64,000 nt of DNA from Candidatus Limnocylindrales bacterium. GTDB lineage: Bacteria > Desulfobacterota > Binatia > UBA1149 > CAITLU01. Position 1 is the stretch's first letter. Every line of letters starts with the position of its first letter. Of this stretch, positions 9,217 to 18,446 are shown one piece after another. The position numbers and the translations under genes were made by a program. Location of the stretch: contig DASPNR010000002.1 in the NCBI GenBank assembly GCA_035626395.1, positions 469,019-533,018 on the forward strand. Direction: 5' to 3'. A model generated the notes under the pieces. It was not told the DNA's origin, ran no database searches, and was given only the letters and a program-made list of their open reading frames with translations.

Positions 9217-10239
9217 TCAGTCGAAAAGGGAGCGCTGCTCGCGTCGCGGCGTCACGCCGAGGTGCTGGTAGGCGCGCGCGGTGGCAACGCGTCCTCGCGG
9301 CGTCTTCTGCAGGAAGCCGCAGCGGATCAGGTACGGCTCGTACACTTCCTCGAGCGTGTCGGCGTCCTCGCCGAGCGCCGCGGCCATCGTCTCGATCCCC
9401 ACGGGGCCGCCTTCGAACTTCTCGACGAGGATCGAAAGGAACCGCCGGTCCATCGCATCGAAGCCGGCGGCGTCGACGCCGAGGGTCTGCATCGCGGCCT
9501 CCGCCACCTCGGCGGTGATGTGGCCGCGGGCCTTGACCTGCGCATAGTCGCGCAGACGGCGCAGCAGCCGGTTGGCGACGCGCGGCGTGCCGCGCGAACG
9601 CTCGGACACCAGGCGGGCGGCATCGTCATCGATACCGATACCGAGCCGGCGCGCCGAGCGCCGCACGATCTCGGCCAGCTCGAACGGCTCGTAGAACTCG
9701 AGTGTGAACGTGTTGCCGAAGCGTGAGCGCAGCGGGCCGCTGAGCATGCCCGAGCGCGTGGTGGCTCCGATCAACGTGAAGCGTGCCAGCGACAGCGAGA
9801 TCGACCGAGCCGACGGCCCCTCGCCGATGACGATGTCGATGCGGTAGTCCTCCATGGCCGGGTACAGGATCTCTTCGATCGCCTTGCCGAGCCGGTGGAT
9901 CTCGTCGATGAACAGGACGTCGCCGCGCTCGAGCGAAGTCAGGATCGCCGCCAGATCGCCCGCCTTCTCGATGACCGGTCCGCTGGTGGGGTGGATGCGC
10001 CCGCCCATCGCGCGCGCCACGATGTGCGCCAGAGAGGTCTTGCCGAGACCCGGTGGTCCCACCAGAAGCAGATGATCGAGCGTCTCGCCGCGTGCCCGGG
10101 CTGCCGCGATCGCGATCTCCAGGTTCCGGCACACCGCGCCCTGCCCCACGTAGTCGGAGAGTGACTCGGGGCGCAGGCTGACTTCGCCGGGAAGCTCTTC
10201 GGCGGCGGCGACGGGTGTGTTCGGTTGCTGCGTGGTCAT
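9217..10239 (-). CDS. ruvB: Holliday junction branch-migration ATPase RuvB.
   Basis: 340 aa. Walker A is GPPGLGKTS. Full-length RuvB similarity includes LFIDEIHRL and a C-terminal winged-helix domain. Confidence 0.95.
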   Translation of the reverse strand: MTTQQPNTPVAAAEELPGEVSLRPESLSDYVGQGAVCRNLEIAIAAARARGETLDHLLLVGPPGLGKTSLAHIVARAMGGRIHPTSGPVIEKAGDLAAILTSLERGDVLFIDEIHRLGKAIEEILYPAMEDYRIDIVIGEGPSARSISLSLARFTLIGATTRSGMLSGPLRSRFGNTFTLEFYEPFELAEIVRRSARRLGIGIDDDAARLVSERSRGTPRVANRLLRRLRDYAQVKARGHITAEVAEAAMQTLGVDAAGFDAMDRRFLSILVEKFEGGPVGIETMAAALGEDADTLEEVYEPYLIRCGFLQKTPRGRVATARAYQHLGVTPRREQRSLFD

Positions 10240-10242
10240 CGG

Positions 10243-10830
10243 CTAGGCCGCGCTCGGTGGCTGCTTGCTCAGCGCGCGACGAATCAGGTCCTCGATGGTC
10301 CCGTCGCTGCTGGCGGCTGCCACCCGCACCATGCGTTCGGCCTCGCCCCGCTTGTAGCCGAGTCCGACGAGAGCCGACACCGCATCCTCTTCTATACCGT
10401 GCGCAGCCGCCGCGCCCGCTGCCGGCTCGGGCGACATCTTGCCGCGAAGATCGAGCAGCACCCGTTCGGCCGTCTTCTTGCCGATGCCGGGGACGGCGAC
10501 GAGCTTGGCAAGATCGGAGGCAGCCACGGCCTTGGCCAGCTCGTCGGGGGCGATGCCGGACAGGATCGAGATGGCCAGGCGCGGGCCGATGCCGCTGACG
10601 CCTCGCAGCAGATTGAAGGCGCTGCGCTCCTCGGCGGTGGCGAACGCGAACAGCTCGAGCGCGTTCTCGCGCATGTTGGTGATGGCGAGCAGTTCCACCG
10701 GCGCACCCGCCGGTGGCAGCGCGTAGAACGTCTGCAGGGAGATCTGGGCCTGGTAGCCGACGCCGCCGCAGTCGATCAGCACCTCGCCCGGCTGTTTGGC
10801 GGCAAGGGTGCCGCGGAGGCGGCCGATCAT
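10243..10830 (-). CDS. ruvA: Holliday junction DNA helicase subunit RuvA.
   Basis: 195 aa. MIGRLRG...VGYQ is a RuvA domain I signature. Helix-hairpin-helix motifs IGPRLA and GIGKKTAERV are present, along with the C-terminal domain III. Confidence 0.9.
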   Translation of the reverse strand: MIGRLRGTLAAKQPGEVLIDCGGVGYQAQISLQTFYALPPAGAPVELLAITNMRENALELFAFATAEERSAFNLLRGVSGIGPRLAISILSGIAPDELAKAVAASDLAKLVAVPGIGKKTAERVLLDLRGKMSPEPAAGAAAAHGIEEDAVSALVGLGYKRGEAERMVRVAAASSDGTIEDLIRRALSKQPPSAA

Positions 10831-10953
10831 TGGTAATCGCCTCCGCCGCAGGCGTCGGCTGTTGGGTAATCGCCTCCGCAGGCGGCGGCTGTTCGGTAAT
10901 CGCCTCCGCAGGCGTCGGCTGTTGGGTAAGCGCCTCCGCAGGCGTCGGCTGTT
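10831..10953. repeat. Direct tandem repeat, four copies of a roughly 30-bp unit (GGTAATCGCCTCCGCAGGCGTCGGCTGTTG). The first copy is 33 bp. It lies between the ruvC stop and the ruvA start.
   Basis: Copies at 10831-10863, 10864-10893, 10894-10923 and 10924-10953, each with 1-3 mismatches or indels. On the coding (minus) strand each unit contains GGAGGCGATTACC, and the copy nearest ruvA supplies its Shine-Dalgarno sequence directly upstream of the ATG. Confidence 0.85.
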
Positions 10954-11023
10954 GGGGCGGCGGGTGTTGTTGCGGCGGGGACGCGGGCGCTGCCTGCTCC
11001 CCAGCGGCGGCGGGCGGGGCTGC

Positions 11024-11575
11024 TCATAGCCTTGCCGTGCGCCAGCTGCGGCCGCGACCTCGGGTCAGGCCTCGCAGGGACAGGGCGTCCGAGACGCGGG
11101 CATCGAAGCGGCCGCTCAGGCCATGGCACAGAGCGGCGGCAAGAGCGTCGGCGGCATCCGTCCTGGGCAGCTCGGCCAGGGAGAGAAGTCGCGCGATGGC
11201 GGCCTGAACCTGTGCCTTGTCGGCCTTCCCATAACCGACGACGGCCTTCTTGATCATCATCGGCGTGTACTCGTTGACGCGAATGCCGCGGGCGGCAGCG
11301 GCGGCCATGGCCACGCCGCGCGCTTCCCCGATGCGAAAGGCGCTCTGGACGTTGCGGGCGACGAAGTTGCGCTCGAGGCTGACGTCGGTCGGAGAGTGCT
11401 GGTCCACGACGGCCAGCAGTTCGGCGTAGACGAGGGAGAGGCGGCAGGCGACGTCGCCGCGTCCGGCCTCGATCGTCCCCGACGCGACGTGCGTCAGCCG
11501 GGCGCCGTCGAGCTCGACGACTCCCCACCCACAAACAATCGTTCCGGGATCGACCCCGAGTACCCGCATCCCCAC
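11024..11575 (-). CDS. ruvC: Crossover junction endodeoxyribonuclease RuvC.
   Basis: 183 aa. GVDPGT is the catalytic Asp motif. Full-length RuvC similarity, with a short C-terminal extension. Confidence 0.9.
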   Translation of the reverse strand: MGMRVLGVDPGTIVCGWGVVELDGARLTHVASGTIEAGRGDVACRLSLVYAELLAVVDQHSPTDVSLERNFVARNVQSAFRIGEARGVAMAAAAARGIRVNEYTPMMIKKAVVGYGKADKAQVQAAIARLLSLAELPRTDAADALAAALCHGLSGRFDARVSDALSLRGLTRGRGRSWRTARL

Positions 11576-11718
11576 CCTCCTCGCCGCCGCACCGAATCTC
11601 GCCGGCGCCGGCCGCTGCCCTGGCGCCGCGCAGTTCGGGCCGGCATCGTGCTACTCCTACGCCTGCTCCGGCACCGTGCGAAACCGCGACCTGTCCGCAG
11701 ATTCCACCAACGACGCGG

Positions 11719-12468
11719 TCATGCCGACAGCCGGCTCAGCTCGTCCTCATCTATATCGAAGTTGGCCGATACGCGCTGCACGTCGTCGTGATCCTCGAGC
11801 GCTTCGATGAGCTTGATCGCCTTGGCGGCATCGGCGCCCGCCAGGCGCACCGTGTTCTGGGGTACAAGAGTGATCTCGGCCTGATCGACCGCGATGCCCG
11901 CAGCCTCCAGGCTGGCGCGCGCATCCTCGAGCGCATCGACCGGAATCGTGATTCGAAGGGCGTCGTCTTCGCCGACGATGTCGGTCGCGCCGGCCTCGAG
12001 CGCGAGCTCGAACACGTGCTCTTCGCCGACGCTGCTCGCGTTGGCCACGACGATCTGACCGACCCGTTCGAACATCCAACGCACGCAATTCGCTTCACCG
12101 AGATTGCCGCCGTGCTTTTGGAAGACGTTGCGCAAGTCCGCGACCGTCCTGTTCTTGTTGTCGGTCAGAGCCTCCAGCATGACGGCCATCCCGCCGGGCC
12201 CGTAGCCTTCGTACGTGGCTTCCTGGTAGTCGCCCTCCAACCCGCCTGCGCCCTTTTTTACAGCCCGTTCGATATTTTCATTCGGCATCGACTGGGCTTT
12301 GGCGGCCGCGATGGCCGTGCGTAAACGCGGGTTGGCACTTGCATCCGCGCCACCCATCCTGGCGGCAACCGTGATCTCGCGAATGAGTTTGGTAAAGACT
12401 TTTCCGCGCTTAGCGTCCTTCGCCGCCTTCTTGTGCTTGATGGTGCTCCACTTCGAGTGGCCCGACAT
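11719..12468 (-). CDS. yebC: YebC/PmpR-family probable transcriptional regulatory protein.
   Basis: 249 aa. MSGHSKWSTIKHKK is the family N-terminal signature. The yebC-ruvCAB order is a classic arrangement. Confidence 0.9.
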   Translation of the reverse strand: MSGHSKWSTIKHKKAAKDAKRGKVFTKLIREITVAARMGGADASANPRLRTAIAAAKAQSMPNENIERAVKKGAGGLEGDYQEATYEGYGPGGMAVMLEALTDNKNRTVADLRNVFQKHGGNLGEANCVRWMFERVGQIVVANASSVGEEHVFELALEAGATDIVGEDDALRITIPVDALEDARASLEAAGIAVDQAEITLVPQNTVRLAGADAAKAIKLIEALEDHDDVQRVSANFDIDEDELSRLSA

Positions 12469-12668
12469 TTTTGCCTCTTATTCGGGCACTCCCCCTTGCC
12501 CTGGTGGCTAAATACGCCCTGCAGTTGATGGTTGCACGCCGCTTTTCGATCAGGAACCTTGAGGCAACCCGGAGGCCGGGGGGCAACGAGGAGGGATGGG
12601 ATGTGCGGCGGGGCCTCAAATTCTCGGGCTAGGAAAAGGGGCGACTCTCGCTACCGAACCAACACTCG

Positions 12669-13412
12669 ATGAAAGTACTCACACTGCTACCACTGCTCTC
12701 GTTGGCAGTAGGCTGCGCTGCGTCAACGTATCCGCTGCGACCTGCCAACACCCTGTTAACAACGGCTCGCGCCACTCACTCCAAGATCTCGCCAACGACC
12801 GGCGCCAGTACCAAAGGAACAGCGGTCCTCCGACAGCAAGGCCACTGTTCCTGGTACGGCAGCGAATTCCACGGCCGCCGCACTTCCAACGGTGAACGCT
12901 TCGACAAGCACGAGCTCACCGCCGCCCACCGCACTCTCCCCTTCGGAACCCTGGTTGAAGTCACCGATCTCGAAACCGGTCGTGACGTCCGCGTTCGCAT
13001 CAACGACCGCGGGCCCTACGCCCGTGGGCGGGTCATCGACATCTCGCATGCAGCTGCCGCCGAGCTCGGCATCCTTCACAAGGGTGTTGCCAAGGTTGAG
13101 GTGCGAGTGGTCGAGCCGCACAAGTCGGACTGGAGCGGTCAGGGCTACGCTCTTCAGGTCGCCAGCTTCGACAGCAGGGCCGAGGCGGAGGGTTTCGTGG
13201 CAGGGCTGACCGACAAGCAGAAGGCGGCGGCGGTCCATTACATCAAGCCGCCCGACCCGACCGCCAAGGCCTACCGCGTCCGCTTCGGCCCGCTGGCGTG
13301 CGAGCAGACGGCCAAGAAAGTGGCCGAGAAACTGCGTCTGGCCGGGCTGGAGTCCAGCGTCATCCAGGAGCAGTTCGTCTCGCAGCGCGTCGTCGCCGAC
13401 GCGAAGCATTGA
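12669..13412 (+). CDS. rlpA: Septal-ring lytic transglycosylase RlpA-family lipoprotein (DPBB domain plus C-terminal SPOR domain).
   Basis: 247 aa. The lipobox is LAVGC. The DPBB motifs are SWYGSEFHGRRTSNGERFD and TAAHRTLPFGTLVEVTDLETGRDVRVRINDRGPY. The C-terminus is a SPOR-like region (YALQVASFDSRAEAE). Confidence 0.8.
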   Translation: MKVLTLLPLLSLAVGCAASTYPLRPANTLLTTARATHSKISPTTGASTKGTAVLRQQGHCSWYGSEFHGRRTSNGERFDKHELTAAHRTLPFGTLVEVTDLETGRDVRVRINDRGPYARGRVIDISHAAAAELGILHKGVAKVEVRVVEPHKSDWSGQGYALQVASFDSRAEAEGFVAGLTDKQKAAAVHYIKPPDPTAKAYRVRFGPLACEQTAKKVAEKLRLAGLESSVIQEQFVSQRVVADAKH

Positions 13413-13418
13413 GATCGG

Positions 13419-13796
13419 CTAGTTCGGTTCTTCGTCCGCTACGGCGTCGATGAGCCAGGAGAGGTAGTGTGACTCCACCTCTTCCGCGCCGAGCGCGACG
13501 ATTTCGGGTGTCTGGTAGGTGTGGAGCTCGCGAATGCGACGCTCCAGCTCCGGCCAGCGGCCGGCGGTGGTCTTGATGACCATGAGGACCTCGGGCTCCG
13601 ACACCACGCTGCCCTCCCAGCGATAGGTCGAGCCTACGGGCGTTCGGCTGACACAGCCTGCCAGGCGCTCTTCGACCAGGGATTTCGCCATGACGTCGGC
13701 GGCTTCGCCGTCGGCCGCCGTGGTGAGCACCACCAGCACGCCATCCCCTTCCACGCTCCCCGCCGTCGCCGCACCTGCGTCACTCTTCACTGCCAT
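13419..13796 (-). CDS. cutA: Divalent-cation tolerance protein CutA.
   Basis: The ORF is 13419-13868. The likely start is the internal Met of MAVKSD at 13796. LVVLTTAADGEAA...SVYRWEGSVVSEPEVLMVIKTTAGRWPELE...TPEIVAL matches the CutA1 family. Confidence 0.7.
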   Translation of the reverse strand: MAVKSDAGAATAGSVEGDGVLVVLTTAADGEAADVMAKSLVEERLAGCVSRTPVGSTYRWEGSVVSEPEVLMVIKTTAGRWPELERRIRELHTYQTPEIVALGAEEVESHYLSWLIDAVADEEPN

Positions 13797-14814
13797 GAAC
13801 GTCCCGGGCCTCCTTGCGTCCTCTATGAGACCACAACGACACCACCCTCTCATAGTCCGGAATTGCATCTGCCTGCGGAAGTCGCAACGGCGGCCGACCC
13901 AGACGCGTCCGCAGCCATACCAGGCCTCGCGGGCCGGCGCCGCCGGGCAGGACGCGTTCGACGAGGCCGGCCTTCATCAGCCGCGTTCGGGCCAGCGTCA
14001 GGTGCTCGCGCCGCAGCCACGGCCAGCGTGAAGCGACCGAATCGAAGCTGGCGCTGAGCTCGCCGATCTCCAGACCGGACGCCAGGGCCACCTCCACCAC
14101 CCCGTCGGCGCGCAGGTAGCCGATGGCGTGCAGGATCAGGGCGCACTCGAAGTAGTTGTCGAACCACAGCAGCCGCCGGCCGAAGGCTTCGAGCTCGGTG
14201 GCGGCACGACCACGTGCGCGCAGAATGAAGATGCCACGAACGTAGCGTGGCGGGCGCCGCTCCTGCAGCGCCCGATGGATGACGTCCCGGTAGTGGGCGT
14301 GGACGCCGGCGCTCGCCAGCCACGGCTCGAGCTGCTCCCAGCCGATGTTGCCGGCCATCAGATCGGCATACAGCGAGTAGATGAGCGGGTCCGACTCCCA
14401 ATCGTCCCCGAACAGCAGCTCTTCGGCGCGGCGCGCGGCGGCGCTGGCGCTGCGCGTCAGCTCCGCGAGCTTGTAGCCGATCTGCTCGCGCAGGACGTCG
14501 AAGTGCCCGCGCACCAGATGGTGAACCTGATCCTTGAACCGGATCTCCTCGTACTCGATGCCGTCGAGCTCGAGCTTTTCGCGGATCGCCCTACCGATCT
14601 GCGGCGGAGAGGCCGAGACGAAGCAGACCGCCGTCTCCATGCCGCGCTGATCGGCGCTGCGCCGCACCGCCTTGATCAGCGCCACGACGCCCGGCACCGC
14701 CCGCTTGTCGGCGGCGCGCTCGAAGGGAATGCGCAGCAGACCGCGCAACGACTCGAAGTTGGAGACGAGGTAGGTCTTGTCGAGGTCCCAGCGCAGGACG
14801 GTGAGGTTTCTCAG
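13780..14814 (-). CDS. HAD-superfamily hydrolase-domain protein of unknown specificity. It appears to need a non-canonical (CTG) start.
   Basis: The track ORF starts at TTG 14748, but the same frame is open upstream and encodes (L)RNLTVLRWDLDKTYL. This contains HAD motif I, DxDxT. Motif II-like SASP and an Asp pair GDDWESD follow. There is no in-frame ATG, GTG or TTG upstream of 14748. CTG at about 14812-14814 overlaps the upstream gene's TGA as CTGA. Confidence 0.5.
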   Translation of the reverse strand: MRNLTVLRWDLDKTYLVSNFESLRGLLRIPFERAADKRAVPGVVALIKAVRRSADQRGMETAVCFVSASPPQIGRAIREKLELDGIEYEEIRFKDQVHHLVRGHFDVLREQIGYKLAELTRSASAAARRAEELLFGDDWESDPLIYSLYADLMAGNIGWEQLEPWLASAGVHAHYRDVIHRALQERRPPRYVRGIFILRARGRAATELEAFGRRLLWFDNYFECALILHAIGYLRADGVVEVALASGLEIGELSASFDSVASRWPWLRREHLTLARTRLMKAGLVERVLPGGAGPRGLVWLRTRLGRPPLRLPQADAIPDYERVVSLWSHRGRKEARDVHGSEE

Positions 14815-15488
14815 AACGTCACTCCCCGGCTGGCCCAGCGCTCCAGCAGCTCCGCGGTCGATTCGGCTTCCGCCAGCCCGTCGCGCAGCCGCAGCGACAA
14901 GCGCAAGAGCGCGCCGGCATCATCGATGTCCTCCCATGCCGGCAGCAGGAAGGGCCGGATCGACTGCTCCTCGAGACGCCGCACCGTAGCCGCAAGAACG
15001 CCGGCGCTGCTCCATGCGGCATCGATGTCGAACAGGCCGGGCACTGGCGAGCCTGCTCCCACCAGGTAGTAGCCGCCGTCACGGCTCGGCCCCAGGACCA
15101 CCGGCTCGCGCGACAGGCAGTCGACCGCCATGGCCACATAGGCGATGGGTAGGTCGGGAGTATCCGCCCCCACCAGCAACACCGGTCTCCCGCTGCCGTG
15201 CCCGCGCGCCATGAGCCCGCCCATCCGGTTCCCCAGATCCCCCTGACCCTGCTCAACCCGTGCCAGACGGAATCGGACGCAAAGCGCATCCAGAATCGGC
15301 CCGCCGCCTGCGGGATCGACCGCCAGCACGACTTCCCACGCAGCACCTGCACAAAGTCGCGCCACCGTGTCGGTCAGAAGCGCCTCGGCGAGCTCGGCAG
15401 CCTGCTGCGGCGTCAGCGGCGGACAAAGCCTCGTCTTGACGCGTCCGGGCTCGGGCTCCTTGGCCAGCACATACACGACCCCGCGCAC
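14811..15488 (-). CDS. DUF2064 (TIGR04282) family glycosyltransferase-like/nucleotidyltransferase-fold protein.
   Basis: 225 aa. The N-terminal VLAKEPEPGRVKTRL is the hallmark of the DUF2064 family. Confidence 0.65.
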   Translation of the reverse strand: MRGVVYVLAKEPEPGRVKTRLCPPLTPQQAAELAEALLTDTVARLCAGAAWEVVLAVDPAGGGPILDALCVRFRLARVEQGQGDLGNRMGGLMARGHGSGRPVLLVGADTPDLPIAYVAMAVDCLSREPVVLGPSRDGGYYLVGAGSPVPGLFDIDAAWSSAGVLAATVRRLEEQSIRPFLLPAWEDIDDAGALLRLSLRLRDGLAEAESTAELLERWASRGVTF

Positions 15489-15546
15489 GCTGGCGCACTA
15501 CCATGAAACCACGCCGAGCCGCGAGCCGCAGTGCGCGCGGCTTACG

Positions 15547-15575
15547 TTGACATCACGATGGGACCGGGCTACTTC
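15547..15575 (+). promoter_or_regulatory. Candidate sigma70-type promoter for rplU-rpmA-obg. -35 TTGACA, 17-nt spacer, weak -10 TACTTC. RBS GAGGAAG sits 7 nt before the ATG.
   Basis: A perfect -35 hexamer at 15547-15552 and a -10-like hexamer at 15570-15575, in the intergenic region upstream of rplU. Confidence 0.35.
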
Positions 15576-15600
15576 GCTGCGCTTTCGAGGAAGACGAACG

Positions 15601-15912
15601 ATGTCGTATGCGGTGATCAGAACTGGTGGCAAGCAGTACCGAGTCAGCCCGGGCGCACGCGTGACCGTCGAGAGGCTCGCGGGCGAGCCGGGCCAGGACG
15701 TGGAGTTTCACGAGGTCCTCCTGCGCGGCGTCGCCGAGCGGGTGGACGTCGGCACCCCGCTGGTCGACGGCGCATCGGTCAAGGGCGTCATCGTGGCGCA
15801 GGACCGCGGGCACCGGATCCTGGTATTCAAGAAGAAGCGCCGGAAGAACTATCGCCGCCGTCAGGGCCATCGGCAGTACGAGACGACGGTCCAGATCACC
15901 TCGGTCGACTAG
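15601..15912 (+). CDS. rplU: 50S ribosomal protein L21.
   Basis: MSYAVIRTGGKQYRV... is a full-length L21. The internal ATG at 15601 is preceded by GAGGAAG. The longer upstream ORF extension is spurious. Confidence 0.95.
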   Translation: MSYAVIRTGGKQYRVSPGARVTVERLAGEPGQDVEFHEVLLRGVAERVDVGTPLVDGASVKGVIVAQDRGHRILVFKKKRRKNYRRRQGHRQYETTVQITSVD

Positions 15913-15930
15913 GCCCGGAGACACCGACCC

Positions 15931-16185
15931 ATGGCTCACAAGAAAGGACAAGGCTCCTCCAAGAACGGCCGCGACTCTCGCGGCCAGCGCCGCGGCGTCA
16001 AGGTCTTCGGCGGCCAGACCGTGGTCGCGGGCAACATCCTGGTCCGCCAGCTCGGCACCAGGATCCATCCTGGCAAGGGCGTGGGCATGGGGCGCGACTA
16101 CACGCTGTTCGCGCTCAGCGACGGCATCGTCAAGTACGAGCCGTTCGGCAAGGACAGAACCCGCGTCAGCGTCTACCCGGCTTAG
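15931..16185 (+). CDS. rpmA: 50S ribosomal protein L27.
   Basis: [24 protein letters not shown] is the L27 N-terminal signature. Confidence 0.95.
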   Translation: MAHKKGQGSSKNGRDSRGQRRGVKVFGGQTVVAGNILVRQLGTRIHPGKGVGMGRDYTLFALSDGIVKYEPFGKDRTRVSVYPA

Positions 16186-16194
16186 CCAAGAACC

Positions 16195-17241
16195 ATGAAC
16201 TTTGTCGACGAGGCGCGCTTGCGCATCGTCGCAGGCGACGGAGGCGACGGTTGCGTCGCATTTCTGCGGGAGAAGTACCGCCCCAAGGGCGGTCCCTCCG
16301 GCGGTGACGGCGGCAACGGCGGCAGCGTGTACGTCGTCGGAGACCTCGGTCTTTCGACGCTCCTCGATCTGCGCTTCCGCAATCTGGTCAAGGCCGGCCG
16401 CGGCGAGGACGGTCGCGGCAAGAACCAGCACGGCAAGAACGGCGGCGACGAGGTTCTGAAGGTCCCGGTCGGGACGATGATCTTCGACGCCCAGACCGGC
16501 GAGCTGCTGGCGGACGTGACCGTTCCCGGCGACATCATTCGGATCGCCGCCGGCGGCGTGGGCGGGCGCGGCAATGCGCGCTTTGCCACGGCCACGCACC
16601 AGGCGCCGCGCCGGGCGGATCCCGGCACGCCCGGTGTCGAGCTGGAAGTGAGGCTCGAGCTGCGCCTGCTCGCCGATGCGGGTCTGGTCGGGCTGCCCAA
16701 CGCCGGCAAGTCGAGCCTGCTCGCGCGCCTGTCGGCCGCCCGTCCCAAGATCGCCGACTACCCTTTCACGACGCTGGTCCCCGTGCTCGGCGTCGTCTCG
16801 TGGGCCGACGAGAAGAGCTTCGTGCTGGCCGACATCCCCGGGCTCATCGAAGGGGCGCACGAAGGCGCAGGCCTGGGCGACCGCTTCTTGCGCCACGTGC
16901 AGCGCACTGCTCTGCTCGTCCACCTGATCGACTGCACCGGCATCAGCGCGCAGGAGGCGCTGGCGAGCTTCGACACCGTCAACCGTGAGCTGGCGGCGTA
17001 TTCGAACGAGCTGGCCGAGCGGCCGCAGATCGTCGTCGCCACCAAGATGGATCTGCCCGAAGTGGCGGAGCGCGTCCCCGAGCTGCGCGCGCTGCTCGAG
17101 CGGCGAGGACTGGAGCTGCACGCGATCTCTTCGGCGACCGGAGCAGGCACGCGCGAGCTGGTCCTTCGCATCGGGCGCGAGGTCGAGAAGCGGCGCAAGC
17201 TGCAGGCTGCGGCTGCGGCCACGAACGAACCCGGCGAGTAA
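16195..17241 (+). CDS. obg: GTPase Obg/CgtA.
   Basis: 348 aa. The Obg fold N-terminus is Gly-rich (FVDEARLRIVAGDGGDGCVAFLREKY). G-motifs are GLPNAGKSS, DIPGLIEGA and VATKMD. Confidence 0.95.
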   Translation: MNFVDEARLRIVAGDGGDGCVAFLREKYRPKGGPSGGDGGNGGSVYVVGDLGLSTLLDLRFRNLVKAGRGEDGRGKNQHGKNGGDEVLKVPVGTMIFDAQTGELLADVTVPGDIIRIAAGGVGGRGNARFATATHQAPRRADPGTPGVELEVRLELRLLADAGLVGLPNAGKSSLLARLSAARPKIADYPFTTLVPVLGVVSWADEKSFVLADIPGLIEGAHEGAGLGDRFLRHVQRTALLVHLIDCTGISAQEALASFDTVNRELAAYSNELAERPQIVVATKMDLPEVAERVPELRALLERRGLELHAISSATGAGTRELVLRIGREVEKRRKLQAAAAATNEPGE

Positions 17242-17258
17242 GCGGAGCTGGACACGAC

Positions 17259-18446
17259 ATGCGCGGCGACGGCACACAGCACGCGAGCCAGAAACGAGCG
17301 GCGATCCTCGCGCGCGCCCGTCGCGTGGTCGTCAAGCTCGGCAGCTCGGTGCTGACGACGACCGGCGGCGTGCGCTCCGATCAGGTCGGCCGCATCAGCG
17401 CCGAGATTGCCGCACTGGCCGATCAGGGCCTGCAGGTCATCGTGGTCACATCGGGAGCGCGCGCCGCCGGCCTGGCGCGCCTCGGCCTGAAGAGCATTCC
17501 CAAGAAGATTCCGGAGCAGCAGGCCGCGGCGGCCATCGGGCAGATCGCGCTGATGGCGCTGTACGAGCGCTACTTCTCCGACTTCCACAAGCACGTGGGC
17601 CAGGTGCTGCTGACGGCCGACGATCTGCGCGATCGCACGCGCTATCTCAACGCCAAGCGCACCTTCGCGCATCTGCTACGACACGGCATCGTTCCCATCG
17701 TCAACGAGAACGACTCGGTGGCCACGCACGAGCTGAAGTTCGGCGACAACGATCGTCTCTCGGCGCTGGTGGCCGGGCTGGTCGACGCCGATCTGCTCGT
17801 GATCCTCAGCGACGTCGAGGGCCTCTACGCCACCGATCCACGCCTGGGCGCCGCGCCGCTGATCGAGGTCGTCGAAGACGTCGATGCGATGATCGCCTCC
17901 GGAATTGCCGGCGGCTCGGGTTCGGCGGTCGGCACCGGCGGGATGTCGAGCAAGCTGGCCGCCGCGCGCAGCGCCGCGCATCGCGGCATCGCGACCATCG
18001 TCGCCAGCGGCATGGAGCCGGGCGTTCTGCCGCGCATCTTCGAAGGGCCCCCAGGCGTCGGGACCCTGTTCCTGCCCTACGACAGCCCCATCCGCAGCCG
18101 CAAGCACTGGATCGCCTACGGGCTGCCGCTTCGCGGCGCGCTGGTGCTCGACGACGGCGCGGCGCGCGCGGTGGCACACAAGGGCAGCAGCCTGCTCGCG
18201 GCGGGCATCGCCGAGGTGCAGGGCAATTTCGCCAGCGGCGACTGCGTCAGCTGCCTGGCCATGGACGGCAGCGAGCTTGCGCGGGGGCTGGTCAACTACG
18301 ACTCCTCCGAGTGCAGCCGCATCCGCGGCCACGCCAGCGCGCGCATCCAGGAAGTGCTCGGTTACCACGCCGGCGATGAAGTGATACACCGGGACGACCT
18401 CGTCCTTCTCTCCGACATCGAAGAGGAGCGGGAGACGGCATCATGA
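17259..18446 (+). CDS. proB: Glutamate 5-kinase with C-terminal PUA domain.
   Basis: 395 aa. [10 protein letters not shown] and the amino-acid kinase fold are present, plus a C-terminal PUA domain ([11 protein letters not shown]...GDCVSC). The stop overlaps the proA start as ATGA. Confidence 0.9.
   Translation: MRGDGTQHASQKRAAILARARRVVVKLGSSVLTTTGGVRSDQVGRISAEIAALADQGLQVIVVTSGARAAGLARLGLKSIPKKIPEQQAAAAIGQIALMALYERYFSDFHKHVGQVLLTADDLRDRTRYLNAKRTFAHLLRHGIVPIVNENDSVATHELKFGDNDRLSALVAGLVDADLLVILSDVEGLYATDPRLGAAPLIEVVEDVDAMIASGIAGGSGSAVGTGGMSSKLAAARSAAHRGIATIVASGMEPGVLPRIFEGPPGVGTLFLPYDSPIRSRKHWIAYGLPLRGALVLDDGAARAVAHKGSSLLAAGIAEVQGNFASGDCVSCLAMDGSELARGLVNYDSSECSRIRGHASARIQEVLGYHAGDEVIHRDDLVLLSDIEEERETAS

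Noticed and set aside
7017-9518. 833-aa plus-strand ORF
   Set aside because: It is antisense to the histidine kinase and the ruvB start, with an Arg/Gly-rich composition.
10831-10953. Possible CRISPR array
   Set aside because: The repeats are directly abutting with no spacers, there are only four copies and there are no cas genes. It is a simple tandem duplication.
10796-11029. 77-aa ORF encoding RLRRRRLLGN repeats
   Set aside because: It is a translation artefact of the 30-bp tandem DNA repeat in the ruvC-ruvA intergenic region.
15553-17277. 574-aa minus-strand ORF
   Set aside because: It is antisense to rplU, rpmA and obg, which are unambiguous.
16985-18379. 464-aa Arg-rich plus-strand ORF
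   Set aside because: It is an alternative frame of obg and proB, and is extremely Arg/Ala-rich.
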